Source: Candidatus Hodarchaeota archaeon
GTDB lineage: Archaea > Asgardarchaeota > Heimdallarchaeia > Hodarchaeales > Hodarchaeaceae
Assembly: GCA_030589605.1 (NCBI GenBank)
Contig: JAUUVJ010000001.1
Span: 1-49,891, forward strand
DNA length: 49,891 bases
Reading direction: 5' to 3'
A model generated the notes under the pieces. The model was not told the origin of the DNA. It saw nothing but the letters and a program-made list of their open reading frames with translations, and searched no databases. The translations under genes and the position numbers were made by a program. Positions 27,703-37,165 of this stretch are shown here, one piece after another. The number at the start of each line of letters is the position of its first letter. Within the stretch, counting starts at the first letter, position 1.

Positions 27703-28704
27703 TCATTCATATCTAGACATTATCGCATCGTATAAGAGTTCTGAACCTTTAAATTCAATTAGTTTTTCTGATAGATTTCGAGATTCTGAGAGGAGTTTTA
27801 GAAGTTCTTTTTCTATTTCTTCAGTGTTAATATCACTTAATATTCCCCCATATATCCCTAGACCTCTTTTTTCAAATTCAATTCCAGCATCAATTTGATT
27901 TTCTCCTAACGCAAATAAAAGAGTTGGAATACCAAGAGCTGCAAATTCGTATTTTGTAACACCAGGGCTTGAAATTCCCCATTCAGCGTCTTTTATAACG
28001 TTAAAAATAGACTCCATCTCGGTTAATACAACAATCTTTTCGCCTTTGTAATTCTTGATTCTATCGCTATAGTTCTTCGTGACTAGTAGTTTAATCTCTT
28101 TGATTAAATTGCTATCTTCACAGAATTGTAGGATAGAGAGGACTTGGTTTATCCCCTCAATCTTGCTTCCTCCTAGAAATATTGCTAGTTTACCTTTTTT
28201 CATAATTGGAGAAACTGAATAGTTGAAAGGATGTAGGATCACGTACTTCTCCCCTAATAATAATTTAACTTGTTTGGACGATTTTTCCATATAACAATCG
28301 AAGTAATTTTCTCCTGCTATATTTGGATTAACAATAATATCTGCAGAATAGTGAGAGAAGTGGCAATTATCATCTATCCTAACGTATAAGGCATTTTTAA
28401 GATCAAAATCTGGGATAATATAAGAATCAACAATTATTATATAGTTTTCTTGATCATAATCCAACAAGTTTAGCTGATTCAAATCAAAATAGGTCACATT
28501 GTACTCTGGGAGGATTTTTTGAATTGATGGATCTCTGTTGACTAAAAATTCATATTTAAAACCTTTGTGTTCAAAATATATTCCGATATTCTTAAGACGA
28601 GACAAATGTCCGAAACCTATTTTCTTCCCACCTGTTCCGACAAGTAAAATTGTTTTTTTCACAGAAATTCGTCCTTTTATACTGATACAGAATCCACAGT
28701 TCAA
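27703..28704 (-). CDS. pseG: UDP-2,4-diacetamido-2,4,6-trideoxy-hexose hydrolase, PseG-like (GT28 C-terminal-like fold)
   Basis: The N-terminus is GTGGKKIGFGHLSRL, and the C-terminal block is ISSPGVTKYEFAALGIPTLLF. It is adjacent to pseH. Confidence 0.6.
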   Translation of the reverse strand: MNCGFCISIKGRISVKKTILLVGTGGKKIGFGHLSRLKNIGIYFEHKGFKYEFLVNRDPSIQKILPEYNVTYFDLNQLNLLDYDQENYIIIVDSYIIPDFDLKNALYVRIDDNCHFSHYSADIIVNPNIAGENYFDCYMEKSSKQVKLLLGEKYVILHPFNYSVSPIMKKGKLAIFLGGSKIEGINQVLSILQFCEDSNLIKEIKLLVTKNYSDRIKNYKGEKIVVLTEMESIFNVIKDAEWGISSPGVTKYEFAALGIPTLLFALGENQIDAGIEFEKRGLGIYGGILSDINTEEIEKELLKLLSESRNLSEKLIEFKGSELLYDAIMSRYE

Positions 28705-28735
28705 ATTGGAAAGAATGTAACCTGAAAAAATTGAC

Positions 28736-29320
28736 TCAATATTCTATTGTAATCTTGGGGACTTCATATTTTGTTTTGATCTCTTTCTCCCAATCTGATT
28801 TTATAATCCCCAGCATGACAACATCATGAAATTGTCCTTTCTTAACGATATGCTCCCTTAATACTCCTTCCACCTGTGATCCAAACTGTTCATGAATTTT
28901 AAATCCTCTATCGTTAATAGGCATTGTTTCTCCGCATAATTTGTTAATTTTCAATTCTGTGAAAACATATCTTAGAATGTTCAATTCAATAGCTGACCCC
29001 ACTCCTTTGCCTCTTACTGAAGGATCAGCTATATAAAAGGCCCAAAAACTACGTTTATTTTGCATATCAATATTATAAAGTGAAACTAACCCAACATCAA
29101 TTCCATCAACATTTATTATCCAATATTTACTAGTTTCCTTTTTTTTAATTTCTTTAAACCATTGTTTCTGTTCCTCTGGTGATATGACTGGATCTGTGAA
29201 CATGTATTTTGAGATTTCCTCAGAATTTCTCCATATTCGAACTTTTTCAATATGGGATTCTTGCAGTTTTAATAACTTAATTTGGACCAAATTTCTATCC
29301 TCGCATTTATTTTTTATCAA
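28736..29320 (-). CDS. pseH: GNAT N-acetyltransferase, PseH-like
   Basis: The blocks KVRIWRNSEEISKYM...EEQKQWF and the acetyl-CoA loop RGKGVGS are present. Confidence 0.65.
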   Translation of the reverse strand: MIKNKCEDRNLVQIKLLKLQESHIEKVRIWRNSEEISKYMFTDPVISPEEQKQWFKEIKKKETSKYWIINVDGIDVGLVSLYNIDMQNKRSFWAFYIADPSVRGKGVGSAIELNILRYVFTELKINKLCGETMPINDRGFKIHEQFGSQVEGVLREHIVKKGQFHDVVMLGIIKSDWEKEIKTKYEVPKITIEY

Positions 29321-29659
29321 CTACTCAAATTGCTTTTTAAATGTTTATAGTTAAGGAGTTTTCCCACATCACGTACTCGAAAGACCAAAAAGGGTTGATA
29401 ATAGCAAACGAATAAATGGACAGATATAGACATTTATGGACAAAAAGGACGAAGAGTAGCATTAGGACAGAATACAGAACAATGTAAGAAACGGGGACAG
29501 AACATGAATTATAACAATAGCAAGGGATTTAATCTATCTCATTGGATTCTAGATAAAACGATGGGCTAGTTAACATATTAACGCTACAATGAGGGAGAGA
29601 AAAACCGTTTGATTTGGAAAGTGGGGTTTGATGATTTTATAAAGAAAGAAACTCTATAA

Positions 29660-29752
29660 TTCCTGTCGCCGAGAGTTCCGTGGAGACATTAAATGCCTGT
29701 GGAGAGGCGGTAAGACTTGCATCAATGCAGGCTCGCGTCGTTGAATCAGGAA
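29660..29752 (+). ncRNA. GC-rich island, candidate structured RNA (sRNA or 5' leader of pseI). The strand is assumed.
   Basis: About 54% G+C over 90 nt by my count, against a background of about one-third. The closing helix TTCCTG/CAGGAA pairs 29660-29665 with 29747-29752. Internal helices CGC(C)GAG/CTCGCG and CTTGCA/TGCAGG are possible. There is no long ORF. Confidence 0.25.
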
Positions 29753-29887
29753 GAATAGCACCAATACTGACTAGTGATAATTAGCATCATTAGCATTAAG
29801 ATCTTGATTATCCCTAAATGTCCGATTTGGGTAAGTCTTTCAGAACGGTAATATATTTCCCCATAACCATTGATGTAACCTTCTTAC

Positions 29888-29917
29888 AATGCATTAACAA
29901 AAAATGCATTTTTTTTT
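29888..29917 (+). terminator. Hairpin AATGCATT-aacaaaa-AATGCATT running into a T9 tract
   Basis: Two copies of the palindromic octamer (29888-29895 and 29903-29910) can pair. Ts run from 29909 to 29917. It lies 70-100 bp upstream of pseI. Confidence 0.3.
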
Positions 29918-29989
29918 CTTAAATCAATTAGTTTGATTTAATAAAGTGTAAAAGAAAAAACCTTTATTAAAAACCATGCTTATATATTA

Positions 29990-31051
29990 TTGGCTGAGAT
30001 TATGGAGATAAAAATAGAGAATAGAATTGTGGGAAAAAATAATCCCATATTTATAATAGCTGAGCTTTCTGCTAATCATCTTCAGGATTTTGATTTCGCT
30101 GTAAAAACGATAGAAGCAGCAAAAGATTCTGGTGCAGATGCAATAAAATTACAAACATATACACCAGATACTATAACAATAGATGCTGAAAATGAGTATT
30201 TTCAAATAAAACAAGGAACCTTATGGGATGGTAAGACTCTCTATGAGTTATATAAAGAAGCCTATACACCATGGGAATGGCATAAAGATTTAATGGAAAT
30301 TGCTGAAAAATTAGGACTTATTTGTTTCTCATCCCCTTTTGATAAAACTGCTGTAGATTTCCTTGAAAACTTAAAAGTGCCCGCCTATAAGATTGCTTCA
30401 TGTGAAATTACGGATATTCCTTTGATTGAGTACATCGCTAAAAAAGGTAAGCCAATTTTTATTTCCACTGGTATTGCGACTCTTGCCGAGATGGAAGAAG
30501 CAATAAAAGCTTGTAAAAGGGTAGGAAACAAGCAAATAGTGCTTTTAAAATGTACTTCAGCCTATCCAACTCCATTAGAAGAAGTCAACCTACGAACAAT
30601 TCCTATCCTCCATGAAATTTTTGGAACTGAAGTAGGATTATCAGATCATACTCTAGGAATTTCAGTTCCGATTGCAGCAGCTGCATTAGGGATTAGAGCA
30701 ATAGAGAAGCATCTAATTCTAGATAGATCTCTTGGTGGTCCCGATTCAGCCTTTTCAGTAGAACCCAAAGAATTCAGAGCCATGGTACAGTCAATAAAAG
30801 CTGTCGAAAAAGCTCTTGGTAGAAAAACATTCGATTTAACACCAAAAATGCAGCAAGCTAGGGATTATAAGCGATCATTGTTCGTAGTTAACGATATAAT
30901 GGCAGGAGAGATTTTTACGGAAGAAAATATAAAATCAATACGACCAGGTCATGGTTTACACCCAAAAAAGATAATGGACGTGATTGGAAAACAGGCAAAG
31001 AAGGATATCAAGAAAGGAACACCGTTGAATTGGAATTTAATCGATTTTTGA
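29990..31051 (+). CDS. pseI: Pseudaminic acid synthase (NeuB family with C-terminal SAF domain)
   Basis: Motifs IIAELSANH, GADAIKLQTYTPDTITI, LWDGKTLYELYKEAYTPWEWH, YKIASCEITD, GLSDHTLG and GGPDSAFSVEP are present. The likely start is ATG 30002. Confidence 0.85.
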   Translation: MAEIMEIKIENRIVGKNNPIFIIAELSANHLQDFDFAVKTIEAAKDSGADAIKLQTYTPDTITIDAENEYFQIKQGTLWDGKTLYELYKEAYTPWEWHKDLMEIAEKLGLICFSSPFDKTAVDFLENLKVPAYKIASCEITDIPLIEYIAKKGKPIFISTGIATLAEMEEAIKACKRVGNKQIVLLKCTSAYPTPLEEVNLRTIPILHEIFGTEVGLSDHTLGISVPIAAAALGIRAIEKHLILDRSLGGPDSAFSVEPKEFRAMVQSIKAVEKALGRKTFDLTPKMQQARDYKRSLFVVNDIMAGEIFTEENIKSIRPGHGLHPKKIMDVIGKQAKKDIKKGTPLNWNLIDF

Positions 31052-31275
31052 AATTTTAAATCTAGTGGGTTTGTTTCACAATACCAAGATTTGCTTTTTA
31101 TCAGGTTTCTCATTATATGGATGCTTTCTACAAAAAATCTCTGTTTAACAGAGTACCATACTAAGTATTATATTTATTCAAATAATCGAAACTAAAGTGA
31201 AATAAACCACAAGTACAACCGAATGCAACATTTGATTTCAAAACAAAAATCCTCAAAGAGTATATTGGTGATAGA

Positions 31276-32589
31276 ATGAGTGAAATATCGTATTTTCTTA
31301 ATAATTTGGATGAAAAAGGAAAAGAAATGCACAATTTAATGAAAGATCTCTATCCTATTTGTAGGAGTATCACTGGTAATGGGGTACGAGAGACATTAAA
31401 AATTATCAAGAAAGTTATTCCTTTAGAAATTCGTGAAATTCCAACTGGAACAAAAGTATTCGACTGGACTATTCCAAAAGAATGGAATATTAAAGACGCA
31501 TACATTAAGAATTCAAAGGGTGAAAAAATTGTTGATTTTAAGGAGTCAAATGTACATGTCCTAAACTATAGTGTACCTGTTCATAAGAAAATGTCGTTAA
31601 AGAGTCTAAAGAATAATCTTTACACATTACCTGATTATCCTGACTGGATTCCCTATCTCACTTCTTATTATCAAGAGAATTGGGGTTTCTGTATGACTCA
31701 TAAACAATTTGAGGGGTTAGAAGAGGATGTTTATGAAGTAGTGATTGATTCATCTCTTGAAAACGGTCACCTTACCTATGGTGAAACATATATCGAAGGA
31801 AGCGACGAAAATGAAGTCCTTTTTTCCTCATATATCTGTCACCCTTCTCTTTGTAATGATAATTTAAGTGGGCCAGTTCTTCTAACTTACTTAGCAAAGC
31901 AATTAGCAGAGAGTGATCTAAATTATTCCTATAGATTCCTATTTATTCCTGAAGCTATTGGTGCAATCACATGGCTAAATTTAAATGAACAAAAGACGTT
32001 TAGAATTAAAAGTGGGCTTGTTGCAACATGTGTAGGTGACCCTGGTTCATTAACTTACAAAAAAACCCGAGAAGGGAATTCTATGATTGATAAAGTGGTT
32101 GAAAAGGTCTTAATGGATTCTGATGAACCATACGAGATAATAGATTTTTTTCCTGATGGCAGTGATGAAAGACAATATTGTTCTCCAGGATTTAACTTAC
32201 CAGTTGGCTCTTTGATGAGAACAATTTATGGAAAGTTCCCTGAATATCACACCTCAGCAGATAACTTAGATTTTGTTAAACCCGAATATCTCGCAAATAC
32301 ATTGGAGAAATATATCAAGGTAATATACATATTGGAGAAAAACAAGAAATTTTTAAATCTTAATCCAAAATGTGAGCCACAATTAGGAAGAAGAGGACTT
32401 TACGAAATGATTGGAAGTCAAAAAAAAGAAGATTTGACAATATCTGCATTATTTTGGGTTTTAAACCTTTCTGATGGTTCGAACTCTCTCCTAGATATAT
32501 CAATTCGTTCTGGATTACGTTTCAATCAAATAAAGAATGCAGCTGATTCTCTAGTTAGCAAAAATTTGTTAGAAATGGTTAAAGAATAA
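31276..32589 (+). CDS. Aminopeptidase-like (M28-fold, DUF4910/DUF2172-type) protein with a C-terminal winged-helix-like tail
   Basis: The blocks LYPICRSITGNGVRETL, FDWTIPKEWNI, HVLNYSVP, CHPSLCNDNLSG and SDERQYCSPGF match my memory of this uncharacterised family. Confidence 0.6.
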   Translation: MSEISYFLNNLDEKGKEMHNLMKDLYPICRSITGNGVRETLKIIKKVIPLEIREIPTGTKVFDWTIPKEWNIKDAYIKNSKGEKIVDFKESNVHVLNYSVPVHKKMSLKSLKNNLYTLPDYPDWIPYLTSYYQENWGFCMTHKQFEGLEEDVYEVVIDSSLENGHLTYGETYIEGSDENEVLFSSYICHPSLCNDNLSGPVLLTYLAKQLAESDLNYSYRFLFIPEAIGAITWLNLNEQKTFRIKSGLVATCVGDPGSLTYKKTREGNSMIDKVVEKVLMDSDEPYEIIDFFPDGSDERQYCSPGFNLPVGSLMRTIYGKFPEYHTSADNLDFVKPEYLANTLEKYIKVIYILEKNKKFLNLNPKCEPQLGRRGLYEMIGSQKKEDLTISALFWVLNLSDGSNSLLDISIRSGLRFNQIKNAADSLVSKNLLEMVKE

Positions 32590-32629
32590 CTTGTCATAAG
32601 CATCAAAATAAAGCAAAAAGGTTTTTTCA

Positions 32630-33751
32630 ATGATCGATTTAAAAAGATTAAAATCGGAATTTCAGGATCTAGGACTCGAAAAAGGGGATGTTGTATTATT
32701 GCACAGCGCTTATAAGCCTTTTGGCGGAGTGGAAGGAGGCCCTCAAACTGTGATTGATGCACTTCTTGCAATACTCAGTGAAGAAGGAACACTGATCGTC
32801 CCAACATTTAATTTTGATTTTTGCAGTGGAAAACCTTTTAACATAAGAACTACACGTTCAGAAACAGGGGTCATAACTGAGTTCGTACGTAAGAACCCAC
32901 AAAGTTGTAGAGTGTTTCATCCGATTTATTCTTTTTCAATATTAGGTAAACTATCTGTTGAGTTATGTAAACTGAAGTATAAGAGCAGTTTTGGAAAAAA
33001 CTCAATATTTGGGAAGCTCGTGGATCTAAATGGCAAGATCTTGACTATAGGTATATCTATTGGTGAATGTATGACTTTCTTCCATCATGTAGAGGAAATG
33101 GAAGGAATTGACTATCGATATATTAAAGGATTTACAGGTGTGGTAACAGATGAAACTGGTCGAACATATGAGGACACCTTTACCATGTTTGTAAGAGATT
33201 TGGATAAAGGTGTTATGACTGCTGTGGGTCCAATGGGAGATATCTTGGAGCAAAAAGGTGTAATAAATCTGAAACAAATAGGAAATGCCACAGGTAGATT
33301 AATGAGAGCTAGAGATGTCTATAAAATCACTTCTCGCGAAATGAAAAAAGATCCTTTTGTATTATACCAAATCACTCCTAAGTACAAGCATGATAAGGAA
33401 AATATTGTGTCATTCTTAATGGATCTTCGTTCTTATCTTAAAACTGTACATAAACACGTTGAACTTTATAGTGACTATGTATTTGGAACCGAAGGCATTA
33501 GACAAGCAAAAGAAGAGTTTCTTAAAGCGGTCACCTTCATCGGTAATAATGATTACATTACTCAAAAAATATTATTATCAGAAGAGCAAAAAAAGGTTCT
33601 TAAGAATGTCAAGAGCGACCTTGTTCGTTTAGAAAAAGAATTTCCCGTTGAACAACGTCGTCTCCTTAATTCTGAATTTATCACAATCCATAGACAGCTT
33701 TATGCTCTCTGTGATCAACTATATGATGAATTAAACAGACAAAAGATTTGA
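32630..33751 (+). CDS. AAC(3)-family N-acyltransferase-like protein with a ~110-aa helical C-terminal extension
   Basis: The blocks GLEKGDVVLLHSAYKPFGGVEGGPQTVIDALL and EGTLIVPTFNFDF match the AAC(3) family. The tail from about residue 260 is Lys/Glu/Leu-rich. Confidence 0.65.
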   Translation: MIDLKRLKSEFQDLGLEKGDVVLLHSAYKPFGGVEGGPQTVIDALLAILSEEGTLIVPTFNFDFCSGKPFNIRTTRSETGVITEFVRKNPQSCRVFHPIYSFSILGKLSVELCKLKYKSSFGKNSIFGKLVDLNGKILTIGISIGECMTFFHHVEEMEGIDYRYIKGFTGVVTDETGRTYEDTFTMFVRDLDKGVMTAVGPMGDILEQKGVINLKQIGNATGRLMRARDVYKITSREMKKDPFVLYQITPKYKHDKENIVSFLMDLRSYLKTVHKHVELYSDYVFGTEGIRQAKEEFLKAVTFIGNNDYITQKILLSEEQKKVLKNVKSDLVRLEKEFPVEQRRLLNSEFITIHRQLYALCDQLYDELNRQKI

Positions 33752-33763
33752 ACTAATTTTCTT

Positions 33764-34822
33764 CTATTTTTTTAGAGGTGAATGTTTGAGTGTAGTAGCG
33801 TTGAACTCTTCCTCAGTCATTCCAGTCTCTTCAAGAAAACGATCTAATGCTTTCGGCCTTTTTCCATCATATTTTTTCACAAGTTTTAGTCCTTCATCTC
33901 TTGTGATTAAACCTTCTCGAATGTCTTTACTGGCTTGAAAAGTTGTTCGGGCAAATTTAAATTTAAGCCATTTTTGCCAATCCCGAACAGGCTCATAAGG
34001 ACAATCAACTTTATCCCAGTCAACATAAGTTCCTTCTACTTCAGCGTGTCTCCAATCAAGTTCCTTGGTAACAATCTCCACATGCTTCCTCTGTTCCCAA
34101 GGTTCAAAATGCCCTAGAAATATTGCTTTTAGCTCAAATTCACCTTCAGGCCACGTCATTGGCATCATGTCTCTCAATTCATATTCGTCGGGTAACATCA
34201 TTTCAGGTGTTACTCCAGCTTGACCTACCTTCTTAAAATGTTCTTCATCATATTCTTCCATATCTTCATATGAATCCGCACCATATGTTTTATACTTGGC
34301 AGATGGTTCTCCCCAAATTTGAAGAGGGATATCCCATTGCTTCGATATCCTTGCGGGCATAGAACCGACCCCATTATGACAATGCCAACAGAAATCACCC
34401 AATACTTCACTACCCTTTCGGCATAAGGCGTTTCGAAATTCAGTTCCCATCGTGAACAAGAGATGATCACAATTTAATTTTTTGGGAATTTCCATTAAAT
34501 TATACATCGCATCAGGGGACAAAGGAAATGTATGATCGAAAGTAAAGACCAGAGGTCTCATTCCATATTTTTTCACCATCGTCCACAATGTATAAGCCGT
34601 ATCCTTCCCTCCACTGTAACCCACGATACAATCATACTTATTATTTCTCTTTATTGCTCGTTCCTTATAGAAGCTTAAGATTTCTTTTAACTTCTTCTCC
34701 CTTTCTTCCCAATTGAAATCTATCTCTTTTTCATTTTCCCTGCAGATGTTACAAATCCCTTCTTCATCGAAACTAATACCAGGCCACGTTTCAGGCATGA
34801 CACACTTAGTACATCTTATCAT
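33764..34822 (-). CDS. N-acetyl sugar amidotransferase (PP-loop ATP pyrophosphatase; PseA/WbuX/LfnA family)
   Basis: The N-terminal zinc ribbon is CTKCVMPETWPGISFDEEGICNIC. The PP-loop is YSGGKDT, and the CWHCHNG block is present. Confidence 0.8.
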   Translation of the reverse strand: MIRCTKCVMPETWPGISFDEEGICNICRENEKEIDFNWEEREKKLKEILSFYKERAIKRNNKYDCIVGYSGGKDTAYTLWTMVKKYGMRPLVFTFDHTFPLSPDAMYNLMEIPKKLNCDHLLFTMGTEFRNALCRKGSEVLGDFCWHCHNGVGSMPARISKQWDIPLQIWGEPSAKYKTYGADSYEDMEEYDEEHFKKVGQAGVTPEMMLPDEYELRDMMPMTWPEGEFELKAIFLGHFEPWEQRKHVEIVTKELDWRHAEVEGTYVDWDKVDCPYEPVRDWQKWLKFKFARTTFQASKDIREGLITRDEGLKLVKKYDGKRPKALDRFLEETGMTEEEFNATTLKHSPLKK

Positions 34823-35328
34823 TGTTTGTTCCTCTAATATTCATAGTAATCTTCTACTTTTTTTTTAACTTTATCCCAACTTCTCCAGAAATCCCCTTTC
34901 TTCAAGTGGGGGATAATTATTTTGGTAATAGTTACCTCAAAGGCATTGAAAGGGGGAGATGAAGAATCATGAAATCAAAAAAGTTGGAAGGCAATTAATC
35001 TGTATAGTATGTTTCTCGAATCAACGGTCAAGTGTCCTGACAGATATTGGGAATCAAAGATTTACTCCTTGGATCGGAGAATATTTTTTTAAGTTTCCAT
35101 GATATCTCAGAATTCTGTTCAAATGACACGTAATTTACAAAGAAAAATATCCCTCCTTCGATTTTTATGGATGAGACAGCCCCCCAGCTCAAATTGGACT
35201 TTTTCCTTTAAATAAATAGCAGATATTCAAATTAGAATTGAATATAACTCCTTTCTCTTCTCCTTTCATTATTAAGGTTATCTTCAAATATCAAAAGAAG
35301 AATATGTAAAATATTGTTTCTTTGCTAA

Positions 35329-35973
35329 TTGGAATCAGTTCTAGTTACTCTCGTTTTAATAAAGTTACGGAAGATAATTATTATGTCGAATGTAAATCAG
35401 AAAACCTCTGGTGAAAAGTTCATTCCTTATATGGAAGGTAAGTTGATTTATCTAAGACCCTTATTGAAATCTGATTTAAATGAAAATTATTTAAAGTGGA
35501 TGAATGATTCTGAGGTTAACAGATATATGGATAGTGGAAGTTTTCCTTCGACAATGGAGGATCTTCAAAATTACTACACTACCGTGGCCTTGAATCCAAA
35601 CAACATTGTGTTAGCAATAATTGAGAATGGTACAAATGAACACATTGGAAACATAAGGTTAGGACCGATTAACTGGATTTCTCGTGTTTCGAATTTTGGG
35701 ATGATGATTGGTGAAAAATCAAAATGGAATAGAGGGTACGCCAAGGAAGCAATTTCAATGGTTCTTAAATATGGTTTTAATAAATTAAATCTACATAAAG
35801 TGTGTCTAGGGGTAGTAACAGAAAATATTGCTGCAGTAGAGTTGTATAAAACAGTTGGATTTGTAATTGAAGGAAATTCAATAAAGAATTCATTTATCAA
35901 CGGAAAACATGTAGATAGTTATTATATGGGTATATTAAAGGAGATTTACAAGGCATCAGTCAAAAATAATTAG
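35329..35973 (+). CDS. GNAT N-acetyltransferase (RimJ/RimL-like)
   Basis: The block LIYLRPLLKSDLNENYLKWMND and the CoA-binding loop WNRGYAKEAI are present. The likely start is ATG 35383. Confidence 0.75.
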   Translation: MESVLVTLVLIKLRKIIIMSNVNQKTSGEKFIPYMEGKLIYLRPLLKSDLNENYLKWMNDSEVNRYMDSGSFPSTMEDLQNYYTTVALNPNNIVLAIIENGTNEHIGNIRLGPINWISRVSNFGMMIGEKSKWNRGYAKEAISMVLKYGFNKLNLHKVCLGVVTENIAAVELYKTVGFVIEGNSIKNSFINGKHVDSYYMGILKEIYKASVKNN

Positions 35974-36088
35974 TAATTAGGATTCATGATATCATTTGGT
36001 CGATATAGAGGTAAATTGTTTCAGTGAATATCCATTATTATTAAATATTTTAATGCTTGTATGATTTTTAAAATCCAAAATACAATAG

Positions 36089-37165
36089 ATGGGTAGTAAA
36101 ATAATGTATGAGAGTGGAAAACTAGATCCTGAGAGATTTTTCAAGTCAAAATCAATTCTTATCACTGGTGCTTGTGGAACTATTGGAAAATACCTGGCTA
36201 AACATCTGATAACATATGAACCAAGGAGGTTACGTTTGCTTGATTTCGATGATACAAGATTAACTGAACTAAAAGATGAATTACAAGATCTGGATGATGG
36301 AAAGAAGCTTACATATTTGATTGGGGATGTAAGAGATAAGAGCCGATTAATTCGCGCTTTTGAAGGAATTGATTATGTTTTCCATTGTGCAGCGTTGAAA
36401 CATGTTGCTATTGGGGAGTATAATCCTGGAGAGGTCATTCAAACCAATGTACTCGGAACTGAAAATGTAATTGAGGCTGCATTACAAAATAATGTCGAAA
36501 AAGTGATATACACTAGTAGTGATAAAGCAGTAAATCCAACCAGCACTATGGGAGCATCAAAATTACTTGGGGAAAAACTAATGGTTGCTGCTAATTATAT
36601 TAAAGGGTCTAGGAAGACAGTTTTTTCTGCAGTCAGATTTGGAAATGTTATGGGTTCAAGGGGTTCAGTTATTCCTCGGTTTAGAAAAAGAGTTCAAAAA
36701 GAATTAAGCCTCATTGTTACTGATCCCGATATGACACGGTTTATGATGCCAATTCAAGATGCAGTAAGATTAACCATTGAAGCAATGTTGTTATCATACG
36801 GAGGGGAAATCTTTGTTCTGAAAATGCCAAGTGTAATTCTGAAGGATTTAGTAGATCTTTTTAGTGAACACGCTTGGATGAAATATGGAATTATTCCTAA
36901 AATAGAAACAATAGGACATTTTCCAGGTGAAAAGAATTATGAGGAGTTGATGACAGAGGAGGAACTTTCGAGAACATTAGAATTACCAAGTATGTATATC
37001 ATTCTCCCACACATAATGGAACTACAAAGAGAATTTCATCCAAAAATACAAGCTCAAATGGGGAAAGTCCAAACAAAAGCCTATAGTAGCCAATTCACCC
37101 CTACTTTATCCAAAAAAGAACTTGAGAGCATATTAAGAAAATTTGATGTTTTTACTAATACTTAG
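36089..37165 (+). CDS. Second PseB/CapD-like UDP-HexNAc 4,6-dehydratase (paralogue of 22268-23329)
   Basis: It is collinear with the 22268-23329 product and roughly two-thirds identical by eye. It has the same ITGACGTIGK and YTSSDKAVNPTSTMGASKLLGEK blocks. Confidence 0.8.
   Translation: MGSKIMYESGKLDPERFFKSKSILITGACGTIGKYLAKHLITYEPRRLRLLDFDDTRLTELKDELQDLDDGKKLTYLIGDVRDKSRLIRAFEGIDYVFHCAALKHVAIGEYNPGEVIQTNVLGTENVIEAALQNNVEKVIYTSSDKAVNPTSTMGASKLLGEKLMVAANYIKGSRKTVFSAVRFGNVMGSRGSVIPRFRKRVQKELSLIVTDPDMTRFMMPIQDAVRLTIEAMLLSYGGEIFVLKMPSVILKDLVDLFSEHAWMKYGIIPKIETIGHFPGEKNYEELMTEEELSRTLELPSMYIILPHIMELQREFHPKIQAQMGKVQTKAYSSQFTPTLSKKELESILRKFDVFTNT

Noticed and set aside
29660-29760. Possible tRNA or tRNA 3'-half (an att-site remnant), suggested by the GC-rich sequence and a GTTGAATC string resembling a T-loop.
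   Set aside because: I could not draw a cloverleaf. No 5-bp T-stem flanks the putative loop, and there is no acceptor stem or anticodon arm on either strand. It is kept only as a generic structured-RNA candidate.
29629-29770. Possible C/D-box sRNA: TGATGA at 29629-29634 and CTGA at 29767-29770.
   Set aside because: The boxes are about 135 nt apart, far beyond typical archaeal C/D sRNAs. I found no convincing C'/D' boxes or terminal kink-turn pairing.
34959-35102. 47-aa ORF (MKNHEIKKVGRQLICIVCFSNQRSSVLTDIGNQ...) preceded by GGGGGAG. Its CxxC...VLxDxG pattern recalls the zinc-binding N-terminus of sugar C-methyltransferases.
   Set aside because: Only one cysteine pair is present, the similarity is very short, and the Shine-Dalgarno-like run abuts the ATG with no spacing. 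This is not enough evidence to call a gene or a relic.
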